From contig CAVPIW010000006.1 of assembly GCA_963705105.1 (NCBI GenBank), forward strand, positions 192,001-256,000: a stretch of 64,000 nucleotides of DNA, written 5' to 3'. This stretch comes from an uncultured Nitrospiraceae bacterium (GTDB lineage Bacteria; Nitrospirota; Thermodesulfovibrionia; Thermodesulfovibrionales; Dissulfurispiraceae). Of the stretch, positions 27,949 through 37,939 are shown piece by piece. A model generated the notes under the pieces. That model was not told the DNA's origin, did not search any database, and was given only the letters and a program-made list of their open reading frames with translations. Each line of letters starts with the position of its first letter. The stretch's first letter is position 1. A program made the position numbers and the translations under genes.

Positions 27949-28866
27949 ATGTCACTCTCATCACAGAAGCGGCTTGCTCTGAGCCTGTTCGTCACGGTCG
28001 TCATCCTTGTCGGTGAGACGATCGGCGGCATCGTCAGCAACAGCCTCGCCCTCCTGAGCGACGCCGGGCATGTGCTGACCGATGCGTTTGCCCTGGGGCT
28101 CAGTCTTATCGCCGCACTGATCATGCGGAGGCCCTCCGATTACCGGGCCACATACGGCTATCAGCGCATAGGGCTCCTCGCGGCGCTCATCAACGGAGTC
28201 AGCCTCATCGTCATCGCTATCTTCATTTTCATCGAGGCCTACAGGCGTCTCAAGGCGCCGCCTGAGATCGATCTCACGGTCATGCTGGGCGTCGCGTCGG
28301 CTGGCCTGGCGGGAAATGTCCTGATGGCTCTCATTCTCATGAAGGGGGTCCACGATCTCAACGTCAAGAGCGCCTGGCTCCATGTGCTGGGTGACACGGT
28401 ATCTTCGCTGGGAGTCATTTGCTCCGGTCTCATTATCTTTTTTACGGGGTGGCAGCCGGCGGACCCGATCGCCAGCGGCATCGTCGGGATCATGATCATC
28501 GTCGGCGGGGTGCGCGTCATCAAGGAGGCCCTCTGGGTCTTTCTCGAAATGAGCCCCGCCAATATGCACGCCGGTGAGATTTCCCGGACCATCTGCGATA
28601 TTCCCGGCGTTCTGGGCGTCCACGACCTGCATATCTGGTCCATCGGCCACGGTATACCCGCCTTTTCGGGCCATGTGATCGTGAAGGACCAGAAGATCAG
28701 CGATGTCGATGTGATCCGCAAAGAGATCGAACACAAGCTGGAGCACATCGGCATCAAGCACTCGGTGATCCAGATGGAGTGCGCCGAGTGCGCCAGTGGC
28801 AGCCTTCTCTGCCAGATGCCCGGCCGGGGTGAGCACGAGCCGTTCCATGAGCACCATAACCACTGA
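27949..28866 (+). CDS. czcD: Cation diffusion facilitator (CzcD/ZitB-like) transporter
   Basis: SLALLSDAGH, TYGYQR, AWLHVLGD, HDLHIW, His-rich C-terminus. Confidence 0.9.
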   Translation: MSLSSQKRLALSLFVTVVILVGETIGGIVSNSLALLSDAGHVLTDAFALGLSLIAALIMRRPSDYRATYGYQRIGLLAALINGVSLIVIAIFIFIEAYRRLKAPPEIDLTVMLGVASAGLAGNVLMALILMKGVHDLNVKSAWLHVLGDTVSSLGVICSGLIIFFTGWQPADPIASGIVGIMIIVGGVRVIKEALWVFLEMSPANMHAGEISRTICDIPGVLGVHDLHIWSIGHGIPAFSGHVIVKDQKISDVDVIRKEIEHKLEHIGIKHSVIQMECAECASGSLLCQMPGRGEHEPFHEHHNH

Positions 28867-28881
28867 ACCGGCCTTCATCAT

Positions 28882-28980
28882 TTCAACGATATTAACGTTG
28901 CTGTGAAGGCGAAGGACGATCCCGACTTCGTCCAGGCAAAGTATTCAGGCCCCTTCCTCGGTGTCGCCGTCAGGTTTTAG
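28882..28980 (+). pseudogene. Possible C-terminal remnant of an outer-membrane beta-barrel gene
   Basis: Startless frame FNDINVAVKAKDDPDFVQAKYSGPFLGVAVRF* ending in an amphipathic strand with terminal Phe. Confidence 0.4.
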
Positions 28981-29002
28981 CTGCCGGGCTGAGAGTTGAA
29001 TG

Positions 29003-29041
29003 AAAAAGAACAGGCAGGATCTCTTTCCTGCCTGTTCTTTT
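29003..29041. terminator. Bidirectional intrinsic terminator
   Basis: AAAAAGAACAGGCAGGA / TCCTGCCTGTTCTTTT stem between convergent genes. Confidence 0.85.
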
Positions 29042-29065
29042 CTTGCGGAAACCCTGTCTTGCCTT

Positions 29066-29350
29066 TTACTTCATTCTCTTGACGAACTCCTCGGCGGGAA
29101 GGGCGGGGAGGGAGATGATCTCGACGGACCCGCGGGCGCCGAGTTCGACGGACATCTTCATGATCGTCTCGTTGTTTGCGGATTCGACGATATTGATGAA
29201 ATCGTAGGGACCGAGAACGGCGAACTGCTCGCGGACCTTGACGCCCATCGACTCCAGCTCCTTGTTCACTTCGAAAATCCTTGCAGGATTCTCCTTGATC
29301 GTCTTTCTCCCCTCATCGGTCAGTTTGCTGAGAAGCACATAGTAGGCCAT
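29066..29350 (-). CDS. GYD-domain protein
   Basis: YYVLLSKLTDEGRKT...LGPYDF. Confidence 0.88.
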   Translation of the reverse strand: MAYYVLLSKLTDEGRKTIKENPARIFEVNKELESMGVKVREQFAVLGPYDFINIVESANNETIMKMSVELGARGSVEIISLPALPAEEFVKRMK

Positions 29351-29420
29351 GATTATCCCTCCTGTTGGACATGCTCATTCTTGTATGAAAACTCTTTGTT
29401 TCCGAAGAACCCCGGACGCC

Positions 29421-29738
29421 TCAGGCGCACCGCCAGACCGACGGCTGAAGCACCTTCCTCATCCTTTCGGCGAAATCCTCTGCGGGCACTGCAGCGAGAG
29501 AGAGCAGCTTGAGAGTTCCCCGGGACCCGAGTTCAAGGGACATCTTCATGACGGCATCGTTGTTTTTCGCTTCAATGATGTTGACGAAGTCGTACTGTCC
29601 CGTTACGACATACTGCTGCTTCACCGTAATCCCCATTGCCGCGAGTTCCTCGTTGACCTTCAATATCCTCTCGGGTTTCTCCTGAATCGTTTTTCTTCCC
29701 TCTTCGGTCAGTTTCGTCAGGATAACGTAAAACGGCAT
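29421..29738 (-). CDS. GYD-domain protein (paralog)
   Basis: FYVILTKLTEEGRKT...TGQYDF. Confidence 0.85.
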   Translation of the reverse strand: MPFYVILTKLTEEGRKTIQEKPERILKVNEELAAMGITVKQQYVVTGQYDFVNIIEAKNNDAVMKMSLELGSRGTLKLLSLAAVPAEDFAERMRKVLQPSVWRCA

Positions 29739-29843
29739 AAGGAGCCCTCCTTCATGAAAAAAGTTCCTTCTTTTATACAATTTATACGGACGATTGTCAA
29801 CCGCAATACGTTGATTCTCAGCCGGCGTCAGGCGATATGCGGC

Positions 29844-30416
29844 TTATCCCTGCGGCTCCGGTCCGGCGGGACAACGGATGCCGTCGAAGGCGTAGAGAAT
29901 TCTTTTTTCCCTGTCCAGTTTGTCCTTCGGGAATGAACGGGGAACTGACCGCTCCAGCATGGCGATGGCTTCCTGCCGGGAAGGAAAGACGTCGGGACCT
30001 TCGGCGATGACACCATCCGTCACGGTGTCGATGATCTTGAGGAGTATGCCGTCGGTGACGGCTGCATAGGGAATCTGTGCCTCTTCAGCGACACGGCAGA
30101 AGGCGACGGCGTGGCGCTCCCACGAGTCGGGGGAACTCAGGGCGCATCGTATGAGAAACGCCCTGCGGCCCTGCAGTGCGATGAGTATGTCGGCCTTCAC
30201 CGTGAAGGTATTTCCCGCAAGGTCGACGCTGAACTCCCGGTTGATCTCTATTTCATCGGCGCTGTAGTCCTTTTCCCCGACGAGGAATTCCGCCACCTGT
30301 TTCTGAAGATATGTTGCTCCCCTTTCACTGAGCGATTCCTCAAGGCGGACCCTTTCGGCGACGAGGGCGGCCCTTTCCTCGGGGCTATCGGGATTTTTCC
30401 CAAGAGGGATTTTCAT
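29844..30416 (-). CDS. Stand-alone type I restriction enzyme HsdR N-terminal-like domain protein
   Basis: QKQVAEFLVGEKDYSADEI...ADIL...YAAVTDG pattern. Confidence 0.65.
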   Translation of the reverse strand: MKIPLGKNPDSPEERAALVAERVRLEESLSERGATYLQKQVAEFLVGEKDYSADEIEINREFSVDLAGNTFTVKADILIALQGRRAFLIRCALSSPDSWERHAVAFCRVAEEAQIPYAAVTDGILLKIIDTVTDGVIAEGPDVFPSRQEAIAMLERSVPRSFPKDKLDREKRILYAFDGIRCPAGPEPQG

Positions 30417-30553
30417 GGACACGGGTTCACCTCTTCGTAGAGTCGTAAAGTCGTCAGTCATCAGTCTTCAATCGACAGTCGGAACAAGGACAGGAACACC
30501 CGGACGGAAAGGCCTTGAACCATATCTGCCTCCCCGAAGCTGATCAATGGAAA

Positions 30554-30770
30554 TAAACCTCACAGTTGCATGGAAAGGCGGGGCGAAGCGCCTCAAAGCC
30601 TTGCTGAAGGCGACGATGAGCATTGTCAGGTTCGTCTTTCAGGATCCCACTCTTTGTGTCGTCGACCATCGGCTTAAAAAGTCGTCTTCCGTAACGGTTA
30701 AGGTGTCGCCGCATCAAGGTTTTCGGAGCATACACCCCGCCTTTCCAGAAGGCGTATGCAACGATAAGGT
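30554..30770 (+). mobile_element. Modular inverted-repeat element, copy E, module M2
   Basis: Same ends as copies B-D; different interior, shared with copy H. Confidence 0.87.
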
Positions 30771-30817
30771 GAAATTGGTGAAGCTGAAATCCACGCGCCC
30801 GGATGATGCGCCTGGTC

Positions 30818-31381
30818 TCAGCCCTTGATCCCCTCTTTCAGGATGATGCCGTACCGCTCGTGCTGGAAGGGGTGCACTTCAGGCATCTTCGAGAAGAGCC
30901 ATCCCTTGTACACCTGTTTGCCCTTTTCGGTGATCTCTATTTTCACGGCGGGGTTTTTCGGATCATTGCTGGCGGATGTGATCGTCGTGCCGTCCATCCT
31001 GAACTCGGGGAGAAATTCTGTGACGGTCACTTTCAGGCCCGTGTTGGGAATGGCGTATTCAGAACCGATTTTGACGGTATGGTCGGATTTCTTGTTCGAC
31101 TTCCTGTCTTCGAGGACCAGGACCACCTTGCTCCATTTGCCCTTGACGCTGTCGGGGATGACGACGGTCTTTTCCACCTTAGGTCCCATGGGACCGTGGG
31201 GAGTCGGCGGGGCCTGCATGGGCGCCTGGCCCTGCGACTGCATGGGTTGCTGGATCGGGGCCTGAATGGGTTGTTCCTGTGCCGGGGTTTTCGGTACGGG
31301 TTGTTCCTCCTTTTTCTTACAGCCTGTAAAAAGGAGACATGCGGTTATCCCGACGGCTATGATCATGGCAACTTTTTTCAT
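30818..31381 (-). CDS. DUF2155-like lipoprotein with Pro/Gln-rich linker
   Basis: FTGC lipobox; NPAVKI...GWLFSKMPEVHPFQH. Confidence 0.75.
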   Translation of the reverse strand: MKKVAMIIAVGITACLLFTGCKKKEEQPVPKTPAQEQPIQAPIQQPMQSQGQAPMQAPPTPHGPMGPKVEKTVVIPDSVKGKWSKVVLVLEDRKSNKKSDHTVKIGSEYAIPNTGLKVTVTEFLPEFRMDGTTITSASNDPKNPAVKIEITEKGKQVYKGWLFSKMPEVHPFQHERYGIILKEGIKG

Positions 31382-31405
31382 CTGTTCTCCTCCGTTGTCA
31401 TTTCG

Positions 31406-31497
31406 TGGCGGAGAGGCAGGGATTCGAACCCTGGGTGAGGTGTTACCCCCACAACCGCTTAGCAGGCGGCTGCCTTCGACCACTCGGCCACCTCTCC
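31406..31497 (-). tRNA. tRNA-Ser (anticodon GCT)
   Basis: GGAGAGGTGGCCGAGTGG...CT GCT AA...GGTTCGAATCC...CCA with long variable arm. Confidence 0.96.
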
Positions 31498-31537
31498 ACA
31501 AAATATCCTGTATATTATCAGGAGCCCGGAATAATTG

Positions 31538-31610
31538 TAAACCTTCCCGTTGCGTGAAAAGGCGAGGCGTTGAGGCGTTTTGCCCCGCCTTTTCGCGCAA
31601 CTGCCGGGAT
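31538..31610. repeat. Minimal form of the modular element (two ends, almost no interior)
   Basis: AACCTTCCCGTTGCGTGAAAAGGCGAGGCG...GCCCCGCCTTTTCGCGCAACTGCCGGG. Confidence 0.65.
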
Positions 31611-31654
31611 CAATGACTGCCCTCGGGCGGGTTTTTCCGTTATAATGAAAGACG

Positions 31655-33058
31655 ATGGACATCAGGAAAAAAGTCGCACAAACAATCGAAAAGTACTCCA
31701 TGATCCGGAAAGGGGACTCCGTCCTCGTCGCCCTCTCCGGAGGTCCCGATTCGGTCTGTCTCCTCGATATTCTGGACGGCCTGCGCTCCGACGGGTCGAT
31801 CGCCCTGTCGGCGGCCTATATTGATCACGGACTACGGCCGGAAGAGGCACTTCGTGAAGCGGCATTCTGCGGTGAACTCTGCCGGACCAGGGAGATCCCC
31901 TTCGTCACGAAGGCCGTGGATGTCAGGGCCTTCGCGCAGTCCGAAAAGCTGACCATCCAGGAAGCGGCCCGGGAGCTGCGGTACGGCAACCTCAGCGGGA
32001 TCGCCGCCCAGGTGCAGGCTAACAGGATCGCCCTGGGGCACCATGCCGATGATCAGGCCGAAACTGTGCTCATGCGGCTCATCAGGGGCACGGGGCCGAC
32101 GGGTCTCGGGGGGATTCCACCCGTGAGAGGCCCGTTCATCAGGCCTCTTATCGAAATCAGGCGCGAGGAGATCGAGGATCACCTGCGGAAGATCGAGCCT
32201 GCCCATCCCGGCGGGCTTCCCTTCGTGCTCGATTCGTCGAACCTCAAGGAGCTCTATCTCAGGAACAAGATACGGCGGCTCATCATGCCGGAGATCAAAA
32301 AGATCAACAAAGAATTCGTCGCCGCCACCTCTCGTCTTGCTGAGATATTCCGTGACGAGGAGAGGTATTTCGATCTCCTGGTCACGAAGAGCCTGATGAG
32401 GCTCATCACCCGCAAGAGCGACCTCTCGATCCACCTCTTCCTGGCGCCGATCGAGGCGATGGACACGGTGCTCCTCAGGAGGACCGTCAGGAGAGCCATC
32501 GATGAAACAAGGGGTCTCAGGGGGATCTCCTTTGTCCATGTGGAAGACATCGTCCGCCTCGTGAAATCAGGGAGGGCCGGTGACCGCGTCTACCTGCCCG
32601 GCGGCGTCCGGGCCATCAAGGAATATGCGACGCTTGTCCTGACATCGGACCCCCCGAAGCGCCTGGCAACCGTCCTCATTGATGAGCCGGGCGATACCGT
32701 TCTCGCGGAATCGGGGGTCGTGCTCAGATCCCGTATCGTCGCCAGGGACGATGTGGCCGGCCTCGGTGACGGCAGGACCATTGCCCATATCGATGCCGGC
32801 AAACTCGTGTTTCCCCTCGTTGCCAGGGCCAGGGAGCAGGGTGATTTCTTCCATCCCCTCGGGTTCGGAAAGAGAAAAAAAATCCAGGACTTCTTCGTCG
32901 ACGAGAAGGTCCCCCGCGATAAAAGGGACTCGGTGCCGATCCTCGTCAGCGACGGCCGGATCGTCTGGGTCGTCGGGTACAGGCTCGACGACCGCTTCAA
33001 AGTTGATAAAACAACGGAACGCATTTTAGAATTTGAAATAAAACCATTTCATCACTGA
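31655..33058 (+). CDS. tilS: tRNA(Ile)-lysidine synthetase
   Basis: SGGPDS, HHADDQAET, IRPL, DSSN, LRNKIR, TilS C-terminal domain. Confidence 0.96.
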   Translation: MDIRKKVAQTIEKYSMIRKGDSVLVALSGGPDSVCLLDILDGLRSDGSIALSAAYIDHGLRPEEALREAAFCGELCRTREIPFVTKAVDVRAFAQSEKLTIQEAARELRYGNLSGIAAQVQANRIALGHHADDQAETVLMRLIRGTGPTGLGGIPPVRGPFIRPLIEIRREEIEDHLRKIEPAHPGGLPFVLDSSNLKELYLRNKIRRLIMPEIKKINKEFVAATSRLAEIFRDEERYFDLLVTKSLMRLITRKSDLSIHLFLAPIEAMDTVLLRRTVRRAIDETRGLRGISFVHVEDIVRLVKSGRAGDRVYLPGGVRAIKEYATLVLTSDPPKRLATVLIDEPGDTVLAESGVVLRSRIVARDDVAGLGDGRTIAHIDAGKLVFPLVARAREQGDFFHPLGFGKRKKIQDFFVDEKVPRDKRDSVPILVSDGRIVWVVGYRLDDRFKVDKTTERILEFEIKPFHH

Positions 33059-33068
33059 CGGAGGTTGC

Positions 33069-34517
<1,449 letters not shown>

Positions 34518-34550
34518 ATGTGATCTGACGGGCCGGTTAATCAGACAGAA

Positions 34551-34581
34551 AGGCCGTGGGCGGTCATGCCGCTCACGGCCT
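34551..34581. terminator. GC-rich hairpin downstream of the protease gene
   Basis: AGGCCGTGGGCGG/CCGCTCACGGCCT. Confidence 0.5.
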
Positions 34582-34617
34582 ATGTTGTGCAGGACATCAG
34601 CAGTCGGCGTCTACACG

Positions 34618-34770
34618 TAACCTTATCGTTGCAATACACTTTCGGGAAAGTCGGGGCGTATGCGCTCTGAAAAACAGTGACAGTGTGAGCGTCAGTGTCA
34701 GTATCATTGCCGCTGCCTCCGGGAAGGCAAATATGGTTCAGATCCTTTCCAATGCGATGATAGTGACTTA
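34618..34770 (+). mobile_element. Modular element copy F: left end, hexamer block and module M3
   Basis: ACCTTATCGTTGCAATACAC...; M3 (GGGAAGGCAAATATGGTTCA...CCTTTCCAATGCGATGAT) shared with copy G. Confidence 0.82.
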
Positions 34771-34796
34771 ATGACGTAATGACCGTCGTGGCGGGT

Positions 34797-35282
34797 TTAC
34801 CAGGAGTAGGCGACGGCGATGCGGACTTCGTAAAATATGATCGCGAGATACAGAAGAATGGTGACGGGGATGACGACATGCCGGACGATGCGGACATTCT
34901 TGAGCACGCAGAGGATGGCGATCGCGAACATGGTGAGTGCACATTTTGCGAGGAAGAAGGAGAGGTTGCCGTACCCAAGGAAGAAGGCCATGACGGGATT
35001 CGCTTCCTCGACGATTCCCTGATTCACGAGGTGCAGGGTCATATAAGCATCGGTGAGACTCAGGAAAAGAATGACGAGGAAGACGATGAGCAGACCTGGT
35101 CCGTATTGATCAACAAAGATGTGACGCGCCCGGTCGGCATCGCGGCGGACCGTCTTTCTCCGCCCCCCCAGGAACGTATAGCGGCTTATGATGGGTGTGG
35201 GGCGTCTCCTCCGGTCCCCGCTGCTTCTCAGGTCGACCATGGAAATGGTTTGCTCAGAGCTTTTCAGTTCGGCGTTTCTCAT
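34797..35282 (-). CDS. DUF5658-like membrane protein
   Basis: RRRPTP...GGRR...LSLTDAYMTL...EANPVM; 3 TM. Confidence 0.72.
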   Translation of the reverse strand: MRNAELKSSEQTISMVDLRSSGDRRRRPTPIISRYTFLGGRRKTVRRDADRARHIFVDQYGPGLLIVFLVILFLSLTDAYMTLHLVNQGIVEEANPVMAFFLGYGNLSFFLAKCALTMFAIAILCVLKNVRIVRHVVIPVTILLYLAIIFYEVRIAVAYSW

Positions 35283-35393
35283 GTTGAGGTTACCTTCAAG
35301 GAATATTCTACCAAAAAATTTGAGGCCCGGCAACCTGTTAATTCAACGTTTAGATTGAGATAACCATTGTCGCTATAGTATGACTTTGAGGTC

Positions 35394-35425
35394 CTTCGTC
35401 CTGCCTTTCCGTGCAACTGCAGGGT
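35394..35425 (-). repeat. Isolated element end, inverted relative to copy F
   Basis: CTTCGTCCTGCCTTTCCGTGCAACTGCAGGGT closely matches the end of copy I. Confidence 0.7.
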
Positions 35426-35506
35426 CATTCATGAAATGCCTTGCATCGCCCAAACCCTCAATGATATGCTGTTTGATCATAACGACCGTCGGTTCCGGGG
35501 GAATGG

Positions 35507-36817
35507 ATGTCTCCGATCAGATTCAGCATGATCACGATCTCTGCCGTTTTCCTGCTTCTTCTCATCGCCGCGCCGGCGTCGCCTGAAAGCCTTGACGATG
35601 CATGGAAGGCGTCGATGGAGCATGACCGCCGGCTCAATGCAGCGCGGTCGTTCAGTGACGCCCGGAGGATGGGTCTCCAGGCAGCCAGGGCTGCCAGATT
35701 ACCCGGCCTGACCGTCGAGGGCGGATATACGGTTCTCGACAACCAGCCGGCCTTTATTTTCGGGCTGCCGACCATTCCCGGCATCCCCGAGCTGCCCCGC
35801 GAATTTCCCTTCGAGGAAGACAAGAGTTTCGCCTTCAGGGCGGCAGTGAATCTGCCCCTGTACACGAGCGGTCGCATCAGCAGCGGCATCGACGCCGCAA
35901 CGGCCCTCCTGAATTCGGCCCAAAGCGAGGAAAAACAAATCACCCGTGACCTTAAACTCGAAGTGGCTGAGTCCTATGTGGCCGTCCTGCGCTCTCAGCG
36001 GGCCCTCGAAGTCGCCGGGAGCAACGTTACGAGCCTTTCATCCCATTTCGGTGATGTGAGGAATCTCCTGGACCAGGGTCTCGTCGCCCGGAATGACTTC
36101 CTGGCGGCCCAGGTCGCCCTGTCCGATGCGCGCCAGAAGTCCCTCAGGGCCGGGAATGCTCTCGAACTCGCGCAGTCACAGTACAACCGCCTGCTCGGAC
36201 GTGCCCTGGACCAGCCCGTCAAGATCGATGAGCTGGCAGCAGAACCCTACGAAGGCACCCTTGACACTCTCACCGTCCGGGCATTGGAAAGCAGGCTTGA
36301 GCTGGTGCGGTTTGACGAGCGGGCCAAATCTCTCAGGTTCAGTGCCGCGGGCATCAGCGCAGAAACGGATCCCCAGGTATCGGTGACGGGAGCATACTCG
36401 TACAAGGAAAACCGGTATGTCGTGCATGAGGACATGTGGTCTTTCGTCGTCGGCTTGAGATGGAACATCTTCGACGGCGGTATATCGCGCCACCGGGCCG
36501 GGTCTGTGCTCCGGGAGGCCGATTCCCTGGATGAGTTGAAAAAGGACCTGGCCTCCCGCATCGCCCTCGACGTCAAGCGCCACTGGCTGGACACGATCGA
36601 GGCCCGCAGGCGGATCGAGGTGACCGGCGAGGCGACCGTCCAGGCCGACGAGAACCTTGCCGTGGCGAGGGACCGCTACCGCGAGGGTGTGGGAACGAAC
36701 ACGGAGGTGCTCGACGCGGAGACGCTGAGAACCGTTAGCTACACAAATTATCATAACGCGATGTATGATTATTCATTGGCGGTCTTACGGCTGCGCCACG
36801 CCGTGGGAGACCTGTAG
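35507..36817 (+). CDS. TolC-family outer membrane efflux protein
   Basis: Signal peptide; LPLYTSG, NIFDGG, RYREGVGT motifs. Confidence 0.92.
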   Translation: MSPIRFSMITISAVFLLLLIAAPASPESLDDAWKASMEHDRRLNAARSFSDARRMGLQAARAARLPGLTVEGGYTVLDNQPAFIFGLPTIPGIPELPREFPFEEDKSFAFRAAVNLPLYTSGRISSGIDAATALLNSAQSEEKQITRDLKLEVAESYVAVLRSQRALEVAGSNVTSLSSHFGDVRNLLDQGLVARNDFLAAQVALSDARQKSLRAGNALELAQSQYNRLLGRALDQPVKIDELAAEPYEGTLDTLTVRALESRLELVRFDERAKSLRFSAAGISAETDPQVSVTGAYSYKENRYVVHEDMWSFVVGLRWNIFDGGISRHRAGSVLREADSLDELKKDLASRIALDVKRHWLDTIEARRRIEVTGEATVQADENLAVARDRYREGVGTNTEVLDAETLRTVSYTNYHNAMYDYSLAVLRLRHAVGDL

Positions 36818-36829
36818 AGTGGTTCTGTC

Positions 36830-37939
36830 ATGAAAAACAGGCGCCGCATTGTTCTTATCGCAGTCATGCTGGTCCTTATCGGCTTCGCGGCTTATAAGGC
36901 CTACGGGTGGTTATCCCAACGGAAGGGTCTGCCCCAGGGCCTTATCCAGGCAAACGGGCGGATCGAGGGCGACCGGTACACCGTCGCCGGGAAGTCGGCG
37001 GGCAAGATCCTCAAGCTCCTTGTGAAGGAAGGCCAGTCCGTCAAAGCAGGCCAGGTGCTCCTGTCCCTCGATGACGAGCAGGTCAGGGCCCGGGCCGACC
37101 AGGCCCGGAAGAACGTCCTGGCGTTCGAGTCCCAGCTCGGCGCCGCCCGTTCATCCCTTGCAGTGATGAGGCAGGAGGTCCCTCTCGCTATCGGCCGGGC
37201 CGAGGCGACCCTGCAGAGGGCCCGTGCCATGGTCGACAAGGCCGCGGCGACAGAGAAGCAGGCGGAGCGCGATGCGCTGCGTTTCCGGGAGCTCTCTTCG
37301 CGGGGGACTGTGAACCGCCAGAGGAGCGAACAGGCCGACCTCGCATGGACCGCCGCCCAGAGGGACCTCGATGCCGCCCGTACCAGCCTCGTCCAGGCAG
37401 AAAGCGGTCTCGCCGATGAGAAACTCGGGTGGGACAGGGTCCGTGCAAAGGAGGAGGAGATGGCGGCCCTCGATGCCCGTCTCGGGCAGGCACGCTCGGC
37501 CCTGCGGGAGGCCGAGAGCGTCCTGAAGGATATGACTATCACGGCTCCCGCATCCGGCATCGCGATGACAAGGATCCGCGATGAGGGAGAGGTCGTCGCG
37601 GCGGGCTCACCGATTCTCGATATCGTCGATCTCGACCGCCTCTATCTCAAGGTCTATGTGCCTGAAAGGGAGATCGGCAAGGTCCGCCTCGGTCTGCCCG
37701 CCCGCATTTATACGGACGCCTTTCCTGACAGTCCCTTCAACGCCACGGTGAAATATATATCCTCCCGTGCAGAGTTCACACCCAAGGAAGTCCAGACGCC
37801 TGACGAGCGGGTGAAGCTTGTCTATGCCGTCAAGCTCTATCTCGATGCAAATCCCGATCATCGCCTCACGCCGGGCCTGCCTGCCGATGCAGTCATCCGC
37901 TGGCAGGAAGGAGCCCCCTGGACAAAACCCCGATGGTAG
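36830..37939 (+). CDS. HlyD-family membrane fusion protein
   Basis: NGRIEG, ITAPASG, AEFTPKEVQT. Confidence 0.92.
   Translation: MKNRRRIVLIAVMLVLIGFAAYKAYGWLSQRKGLPQGLIQANGRIEGDRYTVAGKSAGKILKLLVKEGQSVKAGQVLLSLDDEQVRARADQARKNVLAFESQLGAARSSLAVMRQEVPLAIGRAEATLQRARAMVDKAAATEKQAERDALRFRELSSRGTVNRQRSEQADLAWTAAQRDLDAARTSLVQAESGLADEKLGWDRVRAKEEEMAALDARLGQARSALREAESVLKDMTITAPASGIAMTRIRDEGEVVAAGSPILDIVDLDRLYLKVYVPEREIGKVRLGLPARIYTDAFPDSPFNATVKYISSRAEFTPKEVQTPDERVKLVYAVKLYLDANPDHRLTPGLPADAVIRWQEGAPWTKPRW

Noticed and set aside
29844..30416. Type I restriction-modification system
   Set aside because: Only a small HsdR-N-like domain is present; no hsdM, hsdS or helicase domains nearby
31382..31600. N-terminal extension of the DUF2155-like ORF, and ORF 6596-6829
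   Set aside because: Both run through tRNA genes
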